Counted from the first letter of the stretch, positions 12,505 through 23,367 are shown. The stretch is 64,000 nucleotides of DNA from Vicinamibacteria bacterium (GCA_963800785.1 CAWDCH010000019.1:234088-298087), one strand, 5' to 3'. Numbers and translations are program-made. The notes: generated by a model not told the origin, from the letters alone.

Positions 12505-13533
12505 TTGAAGCTTCGCGATCTGGCCGAACGGCTCCATTGCCACCTCGAAGGCGACGGCGAGCTCGACATCACTCGCGTGGCGGGCATCGAGGATGCCGGC
12601 CCGGGCGATCTGACCTTTCTGGCAAATCCGAAGTACGCGTCGCTCGTGACGCAGACGCGTGCCTCAGCAATCATTCTCGCTGACACTGCGCCGGCGGCGC
12701 CGTGCGCGATGCTGCGATCCGAGCATCCGTACCGATCGTTTGCGGATGCGCTGCGCGTGCTCGGTCGCGACGAGCTGCCGCCGCCGGGCATTCATCCCAG
12801 CGCGCTCGTCGCGCCAGACGCGTGCCTGGGTGACGATGTTGCGATTGGCCCGTTCGCGGTCGTTGGGGCCGGCGCCGAGATTGGCCATCGAGTCGTTCTC
12901 CACGCGCACGTCGTGATCGGCCCGGGTGCGCGCATCGGCGCCGACTCGATTCTCCATACCCGCGTCTCCGTCCGCGATCGGTGCGTCCTCGGCGCGCGGG
13001 TGATCGTGCAGGATGGCGCGGTCATCGGCAGCGACGGCTTCGGCTTCGTCACCGACGCCGACGGCCGCCATCACAAGATCCCTCAGCAGAGCATCGTCGT
13101 CGTCGAAGACGATGTCGAGATTGGCGCGAACACTACGATCGATCGGCCGGCGGTCGGTGAGACGCGGATCGGTCGTGGAGCGAAGATCGACAACCTGGTG
13201 ATGATCGCGCACGGCGTACAGGTCGGCGAAGGCACGATTCTCGCCGCGCAGGTCGGCATCGCAGGCAGCTCGAAGCTGGGACGAGGCGTCATGCTGGCGG
13301 GGCAGGTGGGGGTTGCCGGGCACATCGAGATTGGCGATCGCGCACGCGCCACCGCGCAAACGGGTATTCCCAACTCGGTCGAGCCTGGAGCGTTCGTGTC
13401 GGGCTATCCTGCCATCGACAATCGCGACTGGTTGAAAGCCGTGGCGGTCTTCAAGACACTGCCGGAACTGAAGCGGCGGCTCAGCGATCTGGTGGGCCGG
13501 CTCGAGGCCCTCGAAAAGAAGATCGTGCCATAA
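12505..13533 (+). CDS. lpxD: UDP-3-O-acyl-glucosamine N-acyltransferase
   Basis: Hexapeptide repeats, [30 protein letters not shown]. Confidence 0.97.
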   Translation: MKLRDLAERLHCHLEGDGELDITRVAGIEDAGPGDLTFLANPKYASLVTQTRASAIILADTAPAAPCAMLRSEHPYRSFADALRVLGRDELPPPGIHPSALVAPDACLGDDVAIGPFAVVGAGAEIGHRVVLHAHVVIGPGARIGADSILHTRVSVRDRCVLGARVIVQDGAVIGSDGFGFVTDADGRHHKIPQQSIVVVEDDVEIGANTTIDRPAVGETRIGRGAKIDNLVMIAHGVQVGEGTILAAQVGIAGSSKLGRGVMLAGQVGVAGHIEIGDRARATAQTGIPNSVEPGAFVSGYPAIDNRDWLKAVAVFKTLPELKRRLSDLVGRLEALEKKIVP

Positions 13534-13541
13534 TCGCCAGA

Positions 13542-14918
13542 ATGCCTGATCGCTGCCCGACTCACCGGGCGCGCCGTCGGTTGACGTGTGTGGCGACGTT
13601 GTGGACGGCCGTTGTCGTTCTGCTCGCGACCGCGCCCCTTCCCGCGGCGGTGCCGCCGCCAAAGCTCGACTACCGCATCACGACGCTGCAGAACGGGCTG
13701 ACGGTCGTCCTGCTCGAAGACCATTCGACGCCCATCGCGCACGTGCAGATCTGGTATCACGTCGGCTCGAAGAACGAGCGTGCGGGACGTACCGGCTTTG
13801 CCCACCTCTTCGAGCACCTGATGTTCAAAGGCTCGAAGAACGTCGAGCCCGAGGCGCACACCTCTTACATCGCGAGCGTGGGCGGTCAGAGCAACGCCTA
13901 CACGCAGGAAGACGCCACGGTCTACTGGGAAACGGCGCCGGCTCAGTATCTGCCCCTGATGCTGTGGCTCGAAGCCGATCGGATGGCAACCTTGCGCGTG
14001 GAGGAGGACACCTTTCAGCGCGAGCGCCTGGTCGTCAAGGAAGAGCGCCGGATGAAGGTGGAAAATCAGCCGTACGGCCGCTTGTCCGAGCTGGTGTACG
14101 ACCAGGCCTTCACCGTTCATCCGTACAAGCACCCGATCATCGGCAGCATGGAGGATCTCGAAGCGGCCTCGATCGAGGACGTGCGCGCGTTCTTCCGCAC
14201 CTACTACGTGCCGACCAACGCCACGTTGACGATCGTCGGCGATTTCGATCCCGATCAGGCGATGCGGATGGTGGAGCAGTACTTCGGGCGCATCCCGAGG
14301 CCGCAGGCGGACGTGCCGCGCGATATCCCGATCGAGCCGCCGATGACCAAGGAGAAGCGGGTCACGCTCGAGCAGCCCTGGCCGCTCCCCGCGGTCGTCG
14401 TGGCGCACCACATTACGTACGACGGCAACCCGGATTCCTATCCGCTCCACATGGCGTCGAAGATCCTGTCGGACGGCCAGAGCTCGCGAATCTACCGAAA
14501 GCTGGTGTATGAGACCGGGCTCGCGCTGACCGCGTTCGGCGGCGGCAACATCATCGAGCACCCGAATCTCTTCTTTGCGGTCGGGATCGTCCAACCGGGG
14601 CACACGCCGGAAGAAGTGGAGAAGGCGTTGATTGCGGAGCTCGATCGGATGGCGTCGGAGCAGGTGACCGCACACGAGCTGGAGCGGGCGAAGAATCAGT
14701 TCGCGCGCGACTACATTCTTGCCCGGGAGACGATCCAGGAGAAGGCGTCGCAGCTGGCGCACGCCGTCGTCATCCATAACGACATCCGCACCGCGGATGG
14801 CGAGTTCGACATCTTTCAGCACATCACGGCTGCGGACATCCAGCGCGTGGCCAAGAAGTATTTCACGCCGACGAACCGGCTTGTTCTCACCATCATGCCG
14901 AGGGCGGCGACGCAATGA
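13542..14918 (+). CDS. M16 (pitrilysin-like) zinc peptidase, catalytic subunit
   Basis: HLFEHLMFKGS (HxxEH), VKEERR, signal peptide. Confidence 0.93.
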   Translation: MPDRCPTHRARRRLTCVATLWTAVVVLLATAPLPAAVPPPKLDYRITTLQNGLTVVLLEDHSTPIAHVQIWYHVGSKNERAGRTGFAHLFEHLMFKGSKNVEPEAHTSYIASVGGQSNAYTQEDATVYWETAPAQYLPLMLWLEADRMATLRVEEDTFQRERLVVKEERRMKVENQPYGRLSELVYDQAFTVHPYKHPIIGSMEDLEAASIEDVRAFFRTYYVPTNATLTIVGDFDPDQAMRMVEQYFGRIPRPQADVPRDIPIEPPMTKEKRVTLEQPWPLPAVVVAHHITYDGNPDSYPLHMASKILSDGQSSRIYRKLVYETGLALTAFGGGNIIEHPNLFFAVGIVQPGHTPEEVEKALIAELDRMASEQVTAHELERAKNQFARDYILARETIQEKASQLAHAVVIHNDIRTADGEFDIFQHITAADIQRVAKKYFTPTNRLVLTIMPRAATQ

Positions 14919-16420
14919 AGGACGAAGGACGAAGGACGAGGGGCGCGGTGCTGGCGTGCGTGTTGAGCCTGCTGCCGGCCATCGCATCAGCGCAGGTCGC
15001 GTCCTGGCCGACCGAGCGCCCGCCAATGGCGTTGCCGGCGCGCGACGTCAAGTTCCCGCCGTACGAGATCCGGACGCTGGCGAACGGCCTTCAGGTCGTG
15101 GTCGTGCAGCACCACGAGCAACCTGTTGTCACCCTGCGCCTGCTGGTTCGGGCCGGCGCGTCGTCCGATCCCGAGAACAAACAGGGCACCGCCGTGCTGA
15201 CCGCGGCGCTCCTCGACCAGGGCACGACGACGAAGTCGGCAGCGCAGATCGCCGACACCATCGATACGGTGGGAGGTGGGCTGGGAACAGGTGCAGGAAC
15301 CGATCTCTCCTTCACGAACGTCCTGGTCATGAAGGACAGCCTCGGCCTCGGGTTCGAGCTGCTGAGCGATGTTGCGCGAAATCCTGCTTTCAGCCCCGAG
15401 GAGCTCGAGCGGCAGCGCCAGCAGGCGTTATCGGGACTGAAAGTGAGCTACGAGGATCCCGATTACATCGCGGGCCTCGTCTTCGACCGGCTCGTCTACG
15501 GCTTCCATTCATACGGCTTGCCGAACAACGGCACGCTGGAATCGCTCCAGTCGATCTCGGTCGACGATCTTCGCGCGTTTCATCAGGCCCACTACACTCC
15601 CAACAACTCGATCCTCGCAGTGGTCGGCGACGTGTCGCCGGAGGACGCCTTTGCCGGTGCGGAACGGGCGCTCGGGAACTGGGAGAAGCGTGAGGTCCGT
15701 GCGGAGTCGACGGCCAGCCCGCCTGATCCGACACGGCGAGTCGTCATCGTCAACAAGCCAGATGCCGTCCAGACAGAGCTTCGCGTCGGACAGTTGGCAA
15801 TTCCGCGCAAGCATCCCGATTACCTGGCTTTCGACCTCGCGATGAAGATCCTCGGCGGCGAAGGCGCCAACCGGTTGTTTCGTGTGCTCCGCTCGGAACG
15901 AGGGCTGACCTACGGCGCGAGCGCGGAATATCAAGCGCTGCGGCAGTCCGGCGACTTCGTCGCCGACACCGACACGCGGTCGGAGACGACCGCCGAGGCC
16001 TTGCGGCTGGTCATCGACGAGATCACCAAGCTGCAGCGCGAGCGCGTGTCTTCGCGTGAGCTGGCCGACGCGCAGGCGTATCTCGAAGGCAGCTTCCCGC
16101 TCACGATCGAGACTCCCGATGCGATTGCCGCGCAGGTGTTGAACGCACTGTTCTACGGGCTGCCGCTGAGCGACATCGAGAACTATCGCGAGATGGTGAA
16201 CCAGATCACCCCCGACGACATTCAGCGCGTCGCGCGCCAGTACCTCAGGCCCGATCGACTCTCCGTCGTTCTCGTCGGCAATGCAGACGCATTCGTCAAG
16301 GACCTCGCCGGCGTCGGGTTCCCTCAATACGAGCTAGTGAATCTGCCCGAGCTCGATCTGACCTCGGCAACCCTGCATCGACGGCCGCGGACGGCGTCAG
16401 GGGCTCGAAGCGGGCCTTAG
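14915..16420 (+). CDS. M16 peptidase partner subunit (lacks HxxEH)
   Basis: TLANGLQVVV, RLFRVLRSERGLTYG; ATGA overlap with upstream M16 gene. Confidence 0.9.
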   Translation: MKDEGRRTRGAVLACVLSLLPAIASAQVASWPTERPPMALPARDVKFPPYEIRTLANGLQVVVVQHHEQPVVTLRLLVRAGASSDPENKQGTAVLTAALLDQGTTTKSAAQIADTIDTVGGGLGTGAGTDLSFTNVLVMKDSLGLGFELLSDVARNPAFSPEELERQRQQALSGLKVSYEDPDYIAGLVFDRLVYGFHSYGLPNNGTLESLQSISVDDLRAFHQAHYTPNNSILAVVGDVSPEDAFAGAERALGNWEKREVRAESTASPPDPTRRVVIVNKPDAVQTELRVGQLAIPRKHPDYLAFDLAMKILGGEGANRLFRVLRSERGLTYGASAEYQALRQSGDFVADTDTRSETTAEALRLVIDEITKLQRERVSSRELADAQAYLEGSFPLTIETPDAIAAQVLNALFYGLPLSDIENYREMVNQITPDDIQRVARQYLRPDRLSVVLVGNADAFVKDLAGVGFPQYELVNLPELDLTSATLHRRPRTASGARSGP

Positions 16421-16454
16421 CCGCCCGCCTGCGTCCGGAGCGTTCGTCTCGCGC

Positions 16455-17603
16455 ATGCCCACAATCATGGTGTCCTGCGGCGAGGCGTCAGGCGATCTCT
16501 ACGCCGGCGCGCTCGTGACGGAGGTGCAGCGTCTTGCGCCCGGAACGCGGGTTTTCGGCCTCGGCGGGCCCCGGCTGGCCGAGTCGGGCGCGGAGCTCGT
16601 GGGCGACTATCGTGGTCTTGCGGTCACCGGTCTGACGGAAGCTCTCCGTGTCCTGCCCCGCTCGTTCAACATGCTTCGCCGGCTGCGAAGCCGGCTGGTG
16701 AACGATCGCCCCGATGCGTTGGTGGCGGTCGATTTTCCCGACTTCAATTACGGCATCGCAAAAAGCGCACGCAAGCTGGGAATTCCTGTCGTCTACTACA
16801 TCAGCCCGCAGCTCTGGGCATGGCGCCCCGGGCGCATTCACACGATGAAGGCGATTGCGAGCAAGGTGCTAGTGATCTTTCCGTTCGAGCAGTCGATCTA
16901 CGAACGCGCCGGGATCCCCGTCGAGTTCGTCGGCCACCCGCTGATCGATCTCATTGGCGTGACGAGCGACCGCACGCAGTTGCTATCGTCGCACGGGCTC
17001 GATCCCGAAGCGCCAACGGTTGCGATCTTGCCAGGCAGCCGGCCAAACGAAGTGCGCGCCATCCTTCCGATCCTGACTGCTGCCTCAGCACAGATTCGCG
17101 CCAGGATTCCCAACGTCCAGTTCGTCGTCGCCCGTGCGCCTCACCTGACGTCGACGCTGTTCGCGCCTTTGGGTGCCTCGAGCCGCGTCGCCATCATAGA
17201 AGGGCGTGCGGACGACGTGCTGAACGCAAGCGATGTGGTCGTGACCGCCTCGGGCACGGCGACAGTCCAGACGGCGCTTCACGAGCGACCGATGGTCATC
17301 GTCTATCGTCTGTCGCCGCTGACGTATCACCTCGGCCGACCATTCGTGAAGCTCGACACTTTCGGCATGGTCAATCTGGTTTCGGGACGGCGCATCGTAC
17401 CTGAGCTGATGCAGGATGGCTTCACGCCCGAGCGCGTTGCCGAGGAAGTTCGATCGCTTCTGACCGACCGCGCGCGTGCCGACGCCATGCGCGCCGACTT
17501 ACGCGAGATGCGATCGCGTCTCGGCGAGGCGGGGGCAAGCCGCCGTGCCGCGGCCGCAGTACTGGCAGTCGCACGCGCTGGAGACCTTGGAGGAGTTTCG
17601 TGA
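16455..17603 (+). CDS. lpxB: Lipid-A-disaccharide synthase
   Basis: GEASGD, DFPDFN, SPQLWAWR, FVGHPL, LPGSR, SGTAT. Confidence 0.97.
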   Translation: MPTIMVSCGEASGDLYAGALVTEVQRLAPGTRVFGLGGPRLAESGAELVGDYRGLAVTGLTEALRVLPRSFNMLRRLRSRLVNDRPDALVAVDFPDFNYGIAKSARKLGIPVVYYISPQLWAWRPGRIHTMKAIASKVLVIFPFEQSIYERAGIPVEFVGHPLIDLIGVTSDRTQLLSSHGLDPEAPTVAILPGSRPNEVRAILPILTAASAQIRARIPNVQFVVARAPHLTSTLFAPLGASSRVAIIEGRADDVLNASDVVVTASGTATVQTALHERPMVIVYRLSPLTYHLGRPFVKLDTFGMVNLVSGRRIVPELMQDGFTPERVAEEVRSLLTDRARADAMRADLREMRSRLGEAGASRRAAAAVLAVARAGDLGGVS

Positions 17604-18163
17604 GGCAACGAGCAGCAGCAATGCTGATAGCTGGTGTATTCGCCGCTGGCACATTCCAGCGTCTGTCAGCGATGACCTACGTCTCAGTGGATTTTCAGAC
17701 GCTTGTTGGAGAGGCGCACGCGATTGCGGTCGGACATGTTGTCGCGGTCGAGCCGCGCTGGCGTGAAGGACGGCGGGGCATCGAGACGGCGCTGACATTC
17801 GAGGTGGAGCAGTATCTGAAAGGTGATCTCGGCCGGACCGTAACCTTCGCCGTTCCAGGCGGACAGCTGGGTCGATACCGGAGCGTGATGCCGGGGGCGC
17901 CGGTCATCTCGGAAGGTGACGAGCTCGTTCTGTTCCTGACCGGAAGCGCGTCGAGCCACACTCATGTTCTGGGCCTGAGCCAGGGCGTGTTCCGCATCAT
18001 GACCGACCGCGTGCGTGGCGTGCGACTGATCGTGCCGGAAATTCCCGCGAGCGCCCAGGCCGGCGCCACGCGAATCATCCGCGGTGATCCGGCACGACGG
18101 CCCATGTCGTTCGAGCAGTTCGCAGGCACGGTTCGAACCGTTCTTCAGCGGGCTGGTCGATGA
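17600..18163 (+). CDS. Secreted hypothetical protein
   Basis: Signal peptide; overlaps both lpxB and the downstream protease. Confidence 0.7.
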   Translation: MRQRAAAMLIAGVFAAGTFQRLSAMTYVSVDFQTLVGEAHAIAVGHVVAVEPRWREGRRGIETALTFEVEQYLKGDLGRTVTFAVPGGQLGRYRSVMPGAPVISEGDELVLFLTGSASSHTHVLGLSQGVFRIMTDRVRGVRLIVPEIPASAQAGATRIIRGDPARRPMSFEQFAGTVRTVLQRAGR

Positions 18164-19167
18164 CGATGTCACAGTTGCTCGTTCGAGCGCTCCTCGCCGT
18201 GGGACTCGCCGGTGTGGCGATTATGCCCGCAAGCGCGTACCTCAAGCTGGGCACGATGATCAACGGCCGCACCGAGACGGCGCGGTGGGGGACGTTCCCC
18301 ATCCGCTATTTCGTGAACGATGAAGGGGTCCCCGGCGTCAGCGCTGATGAATTCCGCACCGCCGTGTCACAAGGACTCTCGACATGGGAGGCCGTGTCGA
18401 GCGCGACGGTTCGGGTCGAGTTCGCCGGCTTCACGAGCGCGACGCCTCTTGATGACGACGGCATGAGCACGATGGGATTTCAGGCTCGGTCCGATCTCGA
18501 TCGGACACTCGCAGCGACGGAGTTTCTCGTCGACACGACGACCGGAGAAATCCTCGAATCCGATGTGTTCTTCAACTCCTCGTTCGCCTGGTCGACCGCA
18601 CCTGGTGGAACGCCCAACCGCTTCGATGTCCAATCGATCGCGACGCACGAGGGAGGACACTTTCTGGGGCTCGGCCACTCGGCGCTCGGAGAAACGGAGC
18701 TGTCATCCGGAAGCCGGCGTCTCCTTGCGGCCGGAGCCGTCATGTTTCCGATTGCGTTCTCGCCTGGCGACATCAGTGGACGAACCTTGCGTGCGGATGA
18801 CATCGCCGGTGTGTCGGATATCTATCCCGGCACGACATTTCGCAGTGCAACCGGATCGTTGCAGGGCAGGGTCACAAAGAACGGTCAGGGCGTCTTCGGT
18901 GCGCACGTCATCGCCTTCAACGTGGCCACCGGCGACCTCGTCGCTGGCTTCACGCTTGATTCCGCGGGTTCCTTCGTCGTCGCTGGCCTGGCGCCAGGGA
19001 CGTACGTTGTGCGGGTCGAGCCGCTCGACGATGGCGACGTCAATGGATTCTTCGATGACACGACACCAGTCGATACCGATTTTCGCGTCGCCTTCTACGA
19101 AACGCTCGTAACCATCAGCGCCGGTGCCGGCAGCACGATGATCAACATCGCGGTATCGCCGAAATGA
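18160..19167 (+). CDS. Matrixin (M10-like metzincin) metalloprotease with C-terminal carboxypeptidase-regulatory-like domain
   Basis: HEGGHFLGLGH (HExxHxxGxxH), Met-turn AVMFP, LAPGTYVVRVE. Confidence 0.88.
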   Translation: MTMSQLLVRALLAVGLAGVAIMPASAYLKLGTMINGRTETARWGTFPIRYFVNDEGVPGVSADEFRTAVSQGLSTWEAVSSATVRVEFAGFTSATPLDDDGMSTMGFQARSDLDRTLAATEFLVDTTTGEILESDVFFNSSFAWSTAPGGTPNRFDVQSIATHEGGHFLGLGHSALGETELSSGSRRLLAAGAVMFPIAFSPGDISGRTLRADDIAGVSDIYPGTTFRSATGSLQGRVTKNGQGVFGAHVIAFNVATGDLVAGFTLDSAGSFVVAGLAPGTYVVRVEPLDDGDVNGFFDDTTPVDTDFRVAFYETLVTISAGAGSTMINIAVSPK

Positions 19168-19862
19168 GCCGCGTCGCAAGCTTGTGCGCGTCCATCGCGC
19201 TGCTCCTGGGATCGGCGTCTGTCGGCTTCGCGCAGGACGCTGCGCCGCGGCCGAAATCCTTTGAGGTCTCGGCAAGCGGGCTGATGATTGGCGGCGTCGA
19301 TTTCGGGAATCAGAACGCGACGCTGACCGCCAACGACCCTGGCAATCCCGATTTCGTCCTGTTTGCGACGTCGAGCAAAATCAAGGCGGGTGCGGGACTT
19401 GATGCACGCATGACGTTCAATGTCACACGCACGTTCGCCATCGAGGGCGCGTTCGCCTGGACGCGTCAAACAGCTGAAACCGACATTACGTCCGACGTCG
19501 AGGGCGTTCCCCACACGACGCTGAAAGAGGACTTGTCCACCTACTTCATCGAAGGCGCTGCCGTCGTCCACCTCCGCGGGCTGCAGTTCGCTCACGGCCG
19601 CGGCATCCCGTTCGTGTTCGGAGGTGGCGGCTACCTGCGTCAGCTCGATGAAGACTCCATCCTCGTCGACACTGGAACCGTCTTCCATGCCGGCGGCGGG
19701 ATCAAATACTTCATCGCTCAGCGCCCGCGCGGATTCGTGCGCGATGTCGGCATTCGCGCCGACGGCAGGATCTATTTGCGGTCTGGTGGGCTGGAGCTCG
19801 TCGAGGAGAAGGAGCGCCGCTCGACGTGGGGCTTGGCCGCCGGGTTGGTGGTCAGATTCTGA
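19164..19862 (+). CDS. Outer-membrane beta-barrel protein
   Basis: Signal peptide, alternating beta strands, PFVFGGGG, C-terminal Phe. Confidence 0.75.
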   Translation: MSRVASLCASIALLLGSASVGFAQDAAPRPKSFEVSASGLMIGGVDFGNQNATLTANDPGNPDFVLFATSSKIKAGAGLDARMTFNVTRTFAIEGAFAWTRQTAETDITSDVEGVPHTTLKEDLSTYFIEGAAVVHLRGLQFAHGRGIPFVFGGGGYLRQLDEDSILVDTGTVFHAGGGIKYFIAQRPRGFVRDVGIRADGRIYLRSGGLELVEEKERRSTWGLAAGLVVRF

Positions 19863-19884
19863 AGGCGGATCCAAAATCCGCCTT
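19862..19884. terminator. Perfect hairpin between convergent genes
   Basis: AAGGCGGAT-CCAAA-ATCCGCCTT. Confidence 0.5.
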
Positions 19885-19907
19885 ATCAGACTCAGGCTGC
19901 CGGCGGG

Positions 19908-21152
19908 CTAGAGCCCCGCCTTCACGTGGCCGGCGAGATAGTCCTCGAACTCCGAGAGGCCTTTGCCGAGGACCGTCGGGCGCTCCGTGTGGCCTTCGAG
20001 TACGTCGGCAGTCTTGTAGCCATTCCCGGTGATGCAGACGACAGTCGGATGGCCCGGGTCGAGCGTGCCGTCACGGGCCAGCCTGATGGCGCCAGCGAGC
20101 GTGGCGCCGCCGGCAGGCTCGGTAAAGATCCCTTCCGTCTCCGCCAGCAGCTGAATCCCCTGCAGAATCTCGTCGTCCGTCACCATCGTCGCGGACCCCT
20201 TCGTCTCGCGCAGCGCTTGCAGGACGTGGTAGCCATCCGCGGGGTTGCCAATCGCGATCGACTTCGCGATCGTGTTCGGCTTGACCGGCTCGGGGAATTC
20301 GGCGCCATCGTGGAACGCGCGGACCACGGGCGCTGACCCGGCGGCCTGAACGGCGTGCATGCGCGGAATAGCTCCTTCGACCCAGCCGAGCGTCTTCAGC
20401 TCGTCGAATGCACGGACGATGCGCGGCAGCAGCGTTCCGCCGGCGACCGGGCAGACGACGTTTGCCGGAAAGCGCCATCCGAGCTGCTCGACGATCTCGA
20501 AACCGTACGTCTTGGCGCCCTCCGCGTAATAAGTCCGCAGGTTGATGTTCGCGAAGCCCCAGCCGTGGCGGTCGGCAATCTGCGTGCACAGCCGGTTGAT
20601 GTCGTCGTAGTTCCCTTTGATTGCGACGACGTGTGGCTTGTAGATCGCCGATCCGATCACTTTCGCCGCTTCGAGGTTGTCCGGGATGAAGACGTAGCAG
20701 GTGAGCCCCAGCCGCGCGGCGTGCGCCGAGACGCTGTTGGCGAGATTACCGGTGGACGCGCAGGCGAACACGTCGAACCCCAACTCGATCGCCCGGGTGG
20801 CAGCCACCGAAACCACGCGATCCTTGTAGGAGAACGTCGGGTGGTTCACCGAGTCGTCTTTGACATAGAGCTCAGTGAGCCCGAGACGCGCCGCCAGCCG
20901 ATCGGCCCTCACGAGCGGCGTGAAGCCCGAATAGAAGCCGGTCTTCGGCGAAGTGACCGGCAACAGCTCTCGATACCGCCACAAGTTCTCCGGACGTTCG
21001 CCGATCTCTTCGCGGGTGACGGCGCGTCTGATGGCGTCGTAGTCGTAGGTGACCTCCAGCGGCCCGAGGCACTGATCGCAGACGAACAACGCCTCGGCAG
21101 GGAAGCCGGTCCCGCACATCCTGCAGCGCAAACCCGTGAAGTAGCTCATCAT
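19908..21152 (-). CDS. thrC: Threonine synthase
   Basis: PTFSYKDR (PLP lysine), ASTGN, TGNGYK, N-terminal CxxC pairs. Confidence 0.93.
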   Translation of the reverse strand: MMSYFTGLRCRMCGTGFPAEALFVCDQCLGPLEVTYDYDAIRRAVTREEIGERPENLWRYRELLPVTSPKTGFYSGFTPLVRADRLAARLGLTELYVKDDSVNHPTFSYKDRVVSVAATRAIELGFDVFACASTGNLANSVSAHAARLGLTCYVFIPDNLEAAKVIGSAIYKPHVVAIKGNYDDINRLCTQIADRHGWGFANINLRTYYAEGAKTYGFEIVEQLGWRFPANVVCPVAGGTLLPRIVRAFDELKTLGWVEGAIPRMHAVQAAGSAPVVRAFHDGAEFPEPVKPNTIAKSIAIGNPADGYHVLQALRETKGSATMVTDDEILQGIQLLAETEGIFTEPAGGATLAGAIRLARDGTLDPGHPTVVCITGNGYKTADVLEGHTERPTVLGKGLSEFEDYLAGHVKAGL

Positions 21153-22090
21153 CGTTCGATTGCTCGGAGCGGCCCATTATGAGCCGCCAGGGATCGCACG
21201 CGGCACGCCAGGCCCAGCCGCGCGTAGATGTCAGTCAGTGCGTCCTCGACAGCCTTCGTTTCGCCAGTGCACAGCGCCGCCACGGTCGGGCCAGATCCGC
21301 TGAGGCAAACGCCCAGCAGATTCGGATGCTTCAGCGTAAGCGCTTCCGACAGACCTGGCACCAGCGGCGCGCGATAGGGCTGATGCCACCGATCCCCCAG
21401 CGCCTCGGCGATCGCGTCGAGGCGGCGCGTGTGCACAGCCTGCAGCAGCAACGCCACCCGCTGAAGATTGAACACGGCGTCGGCCCGCGATAACTCCGCC
21501 GGCAGCACCAATCGAGCCTCGGCGGTCTTGACCCGGACTTCCGGCGTCGCGATGACGAACCGGACTTCGTCCGGGAATGCCGACGACAGCCCGATGACGC
21601 GGCCGTCACTGCCGACGGCCGCCGCGGTCAGACCGCCGAGCAGGGCCGCCGCGACGTTGTCGGGGTGCCCTTCAAACGCGGTGGCTTCCGACAGTAGGTC
21701 CCGTCCTCGATCGCCCGTCAGCCGATCGTACAGCACCAGGCCTGCCACGATCGCAGCGCCGCTGCTGCCCAGCCCGCCCTGGACTGGAATGTCGCACTCC
21801 ACCTCAAGGTCCAGTCCCGGCAGCTCGACGCCTTCCCGAGCCGCCATGCTCGTGAGGCTGCGGACGATATAGTCGTCGCCGGCATGAGCGGGCGTTACCG
21901 TGATCCGGCCGGGTGCGGAGACGTCGACGCGCCGCACCGTCACTCGAAGGTAAAGCTGGACGGCGACAGCAAGCGTATCGAACCCTGGCCCGAGGTTGGA
22001 GATCGAGCCTGGAACTTCGAGGCGCAACCCTTCGACACGAACGCGGGCGTCGTCAGCGGCCAATGCGCGCCCGGTTGGAGAGCCGGTCAT
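21149..22090 (-). CDS. thrB: Homoserine kinase
   Basis: SNLGPGFD, GLGSSGAA, EGHPDNV, SGSGPT; start 22090 overlaps the hom stop. Confidence 0.95.
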   Translation of the reverse strand: MTGSPTGRALAADDARVRVEGLRLEVPGSISNLGPGFDTLAVAVQLYLRVTVRRVDVSAPGRITVTPAHAGDDYIVRSLTSMAAREGVELPGLDLEVECDIPVQGGLGSSGAAIVAGLVLYDRLTGDRGRDLLSEATAFEGHPDNVAAALLGGLTAAAVGSDGRVIGLSSAFPDEVRFVIATPEVRVKTAEARLVLPAELSRADAVFNLQRVALLLQAVHTRRLDAIAEALGDRWHQPYRAPLVPGLSEALTLKHPNLLGVCLSGSGPTVAALCTGETKAVEDALTDIYARLGLACRVRSLAAHNGPLRAIER

Positions 22091-23367
22091 CGACCAGCCC
22101 CGTCCGACATCAGCGGCAGATCGACCGGCGGGCAGACATGAAAATCGAGCGCGCCGATCTCCGCCATCGCGCGCGCGAGTGTCGCGGGCGCGCACGGCTC
22201 GATGGTCACAACAAACGGCAACGCGTCCTTGGTGCCGGCGGGGAGCTGGAGCACGGCGTCGATGTTGATGCCCTGCGCGGCCAGCGCCTGTGCGATGCTC
22301 GCAAGAATGCCGGGACTGTCGCGGACGATGAAGCGGAGGTAGTGCGCCGTGACGAACTCGGGATCGACGCGGACTGCGCCGTTCGCCGGCGCATCGGCTC
22401 GAGGTTCGCCGCGGTCGGACGCCAATGCCACGAGATCGGAGACGATCGCGACGGAGGTCGGGCCGCCGCCTGCACCCGACCCGGAGTAGACCGTGTCGCC
22501 GCCGTAGTGCCCGCGCGCCACGATGATGTTCTGGCTGCCGCCGACGCGGGCCAGGGGCGAGTTCTTCGGCACGACCGATGGCCTGACCGATGCCACGATG
22601 TGATGGGGCGAGGTCTCGTCAATGGCAGCCTGCGAAATCTGGCGGATGGTGCCGCCAAGCTCGCCGGCATAGCGGAAGTCGATCGCGTCGACGAGCGTGA
22701 TCGGCCGGCACGAGATCGCCTCGGGCGCCACCGGCACGCGGAACGCAACGGCGCAGAGAATCGCCAGCTTCGCCCGTGCATCGTAACCTTGCACGTCGTC
22801 AGTGGGATCCGATTCCGCGTAGCCCAGCTCCTGCGCGCGCGCGAGCGCATCGCCGAATGCGGCGCCCTCGTGCTCCATGCTGGTCAGGATGAAGTTGCAG
22901 GTGCCATTGAGGATGCCGGTAATGCGATTCAGGCGATCGCCGGCGATGCCTTCGCGCAGCGCGCCGATCACTGGAATGCCGCCGGCGACCGCCGCTTCGA
23001 AGCGCAGCTGCTGCCGGTGCTCTCGAGCGAGGTGCGCCAGCGCCGCGCCTTCATGCGCGATGAGCTGTTTGTTCGCTGTCACCACTGATCGGCCGCTTTC
23101 GAGCGCCCGCCGCACCCAGTCACCGGCGGGATGGCGGCCGCCAATCAACTCGACGACGACAGTGGCGTCGGAAGCGAAGACCTCGTCGATGTTGTCGGTC
23201 CAGTGCACGCCGTTGGGCACCCAGTCCACCTTCTTGCGCGACACGTTGCGATTGAAGATGTGGGTCAGACGGACGCCGGGCGGTGGCTGCTCCGTCAGGA
23301 TTCTGGTCACGGAGCGTCCCACCGTGCCAAAACCAAGCAATGCGACGCGTGTTTCGCCAGTGGCCAT
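22087..23367 (-). CDS. hom: Homoserine dehydrogenase with ACT domain
   Basis: GFGTVG, VVTANK, EAAVAGGIP, GILNGTCN, GYAESDP, C-terminal ACT. Confidence 0.96.
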   Translation of the reverse strand: MATGETRVALLGFGTVGRSVTRILTEQPPPGVRLTHIFNRNVSRKKVDWVPNGVHWTDNIDEVFASDATVVVELIGGRHPAGDWVRRALESGRSVVTANKQLIAHEGAALAHLAREHRQQLRFEAAVAGGIPVIGALREGIAGDRLNRITGILNGTCNFILTSMEHEGAAFGDALARAQELGYAESDPTDDVQGYDARAKLAILCAVAFRVPVAPEAISCRPITLVDAIDFRYAGELGGTIRQISQAAIDETSPHHIVASVRPSVVPKNSPLARVGGSQNIIVARGHYGGDTVYSGSGAGGGPTSVAIVSDLVALASDRGEPRADAPANGAVRVDPEFVTAHYLRFIVRDSPGILASIAQALAAQGINIDAVLQLPAGTKDALPFVVTIEPCAPATLARAMAEIGALDFHVCPPVDLPLMSDGAGR

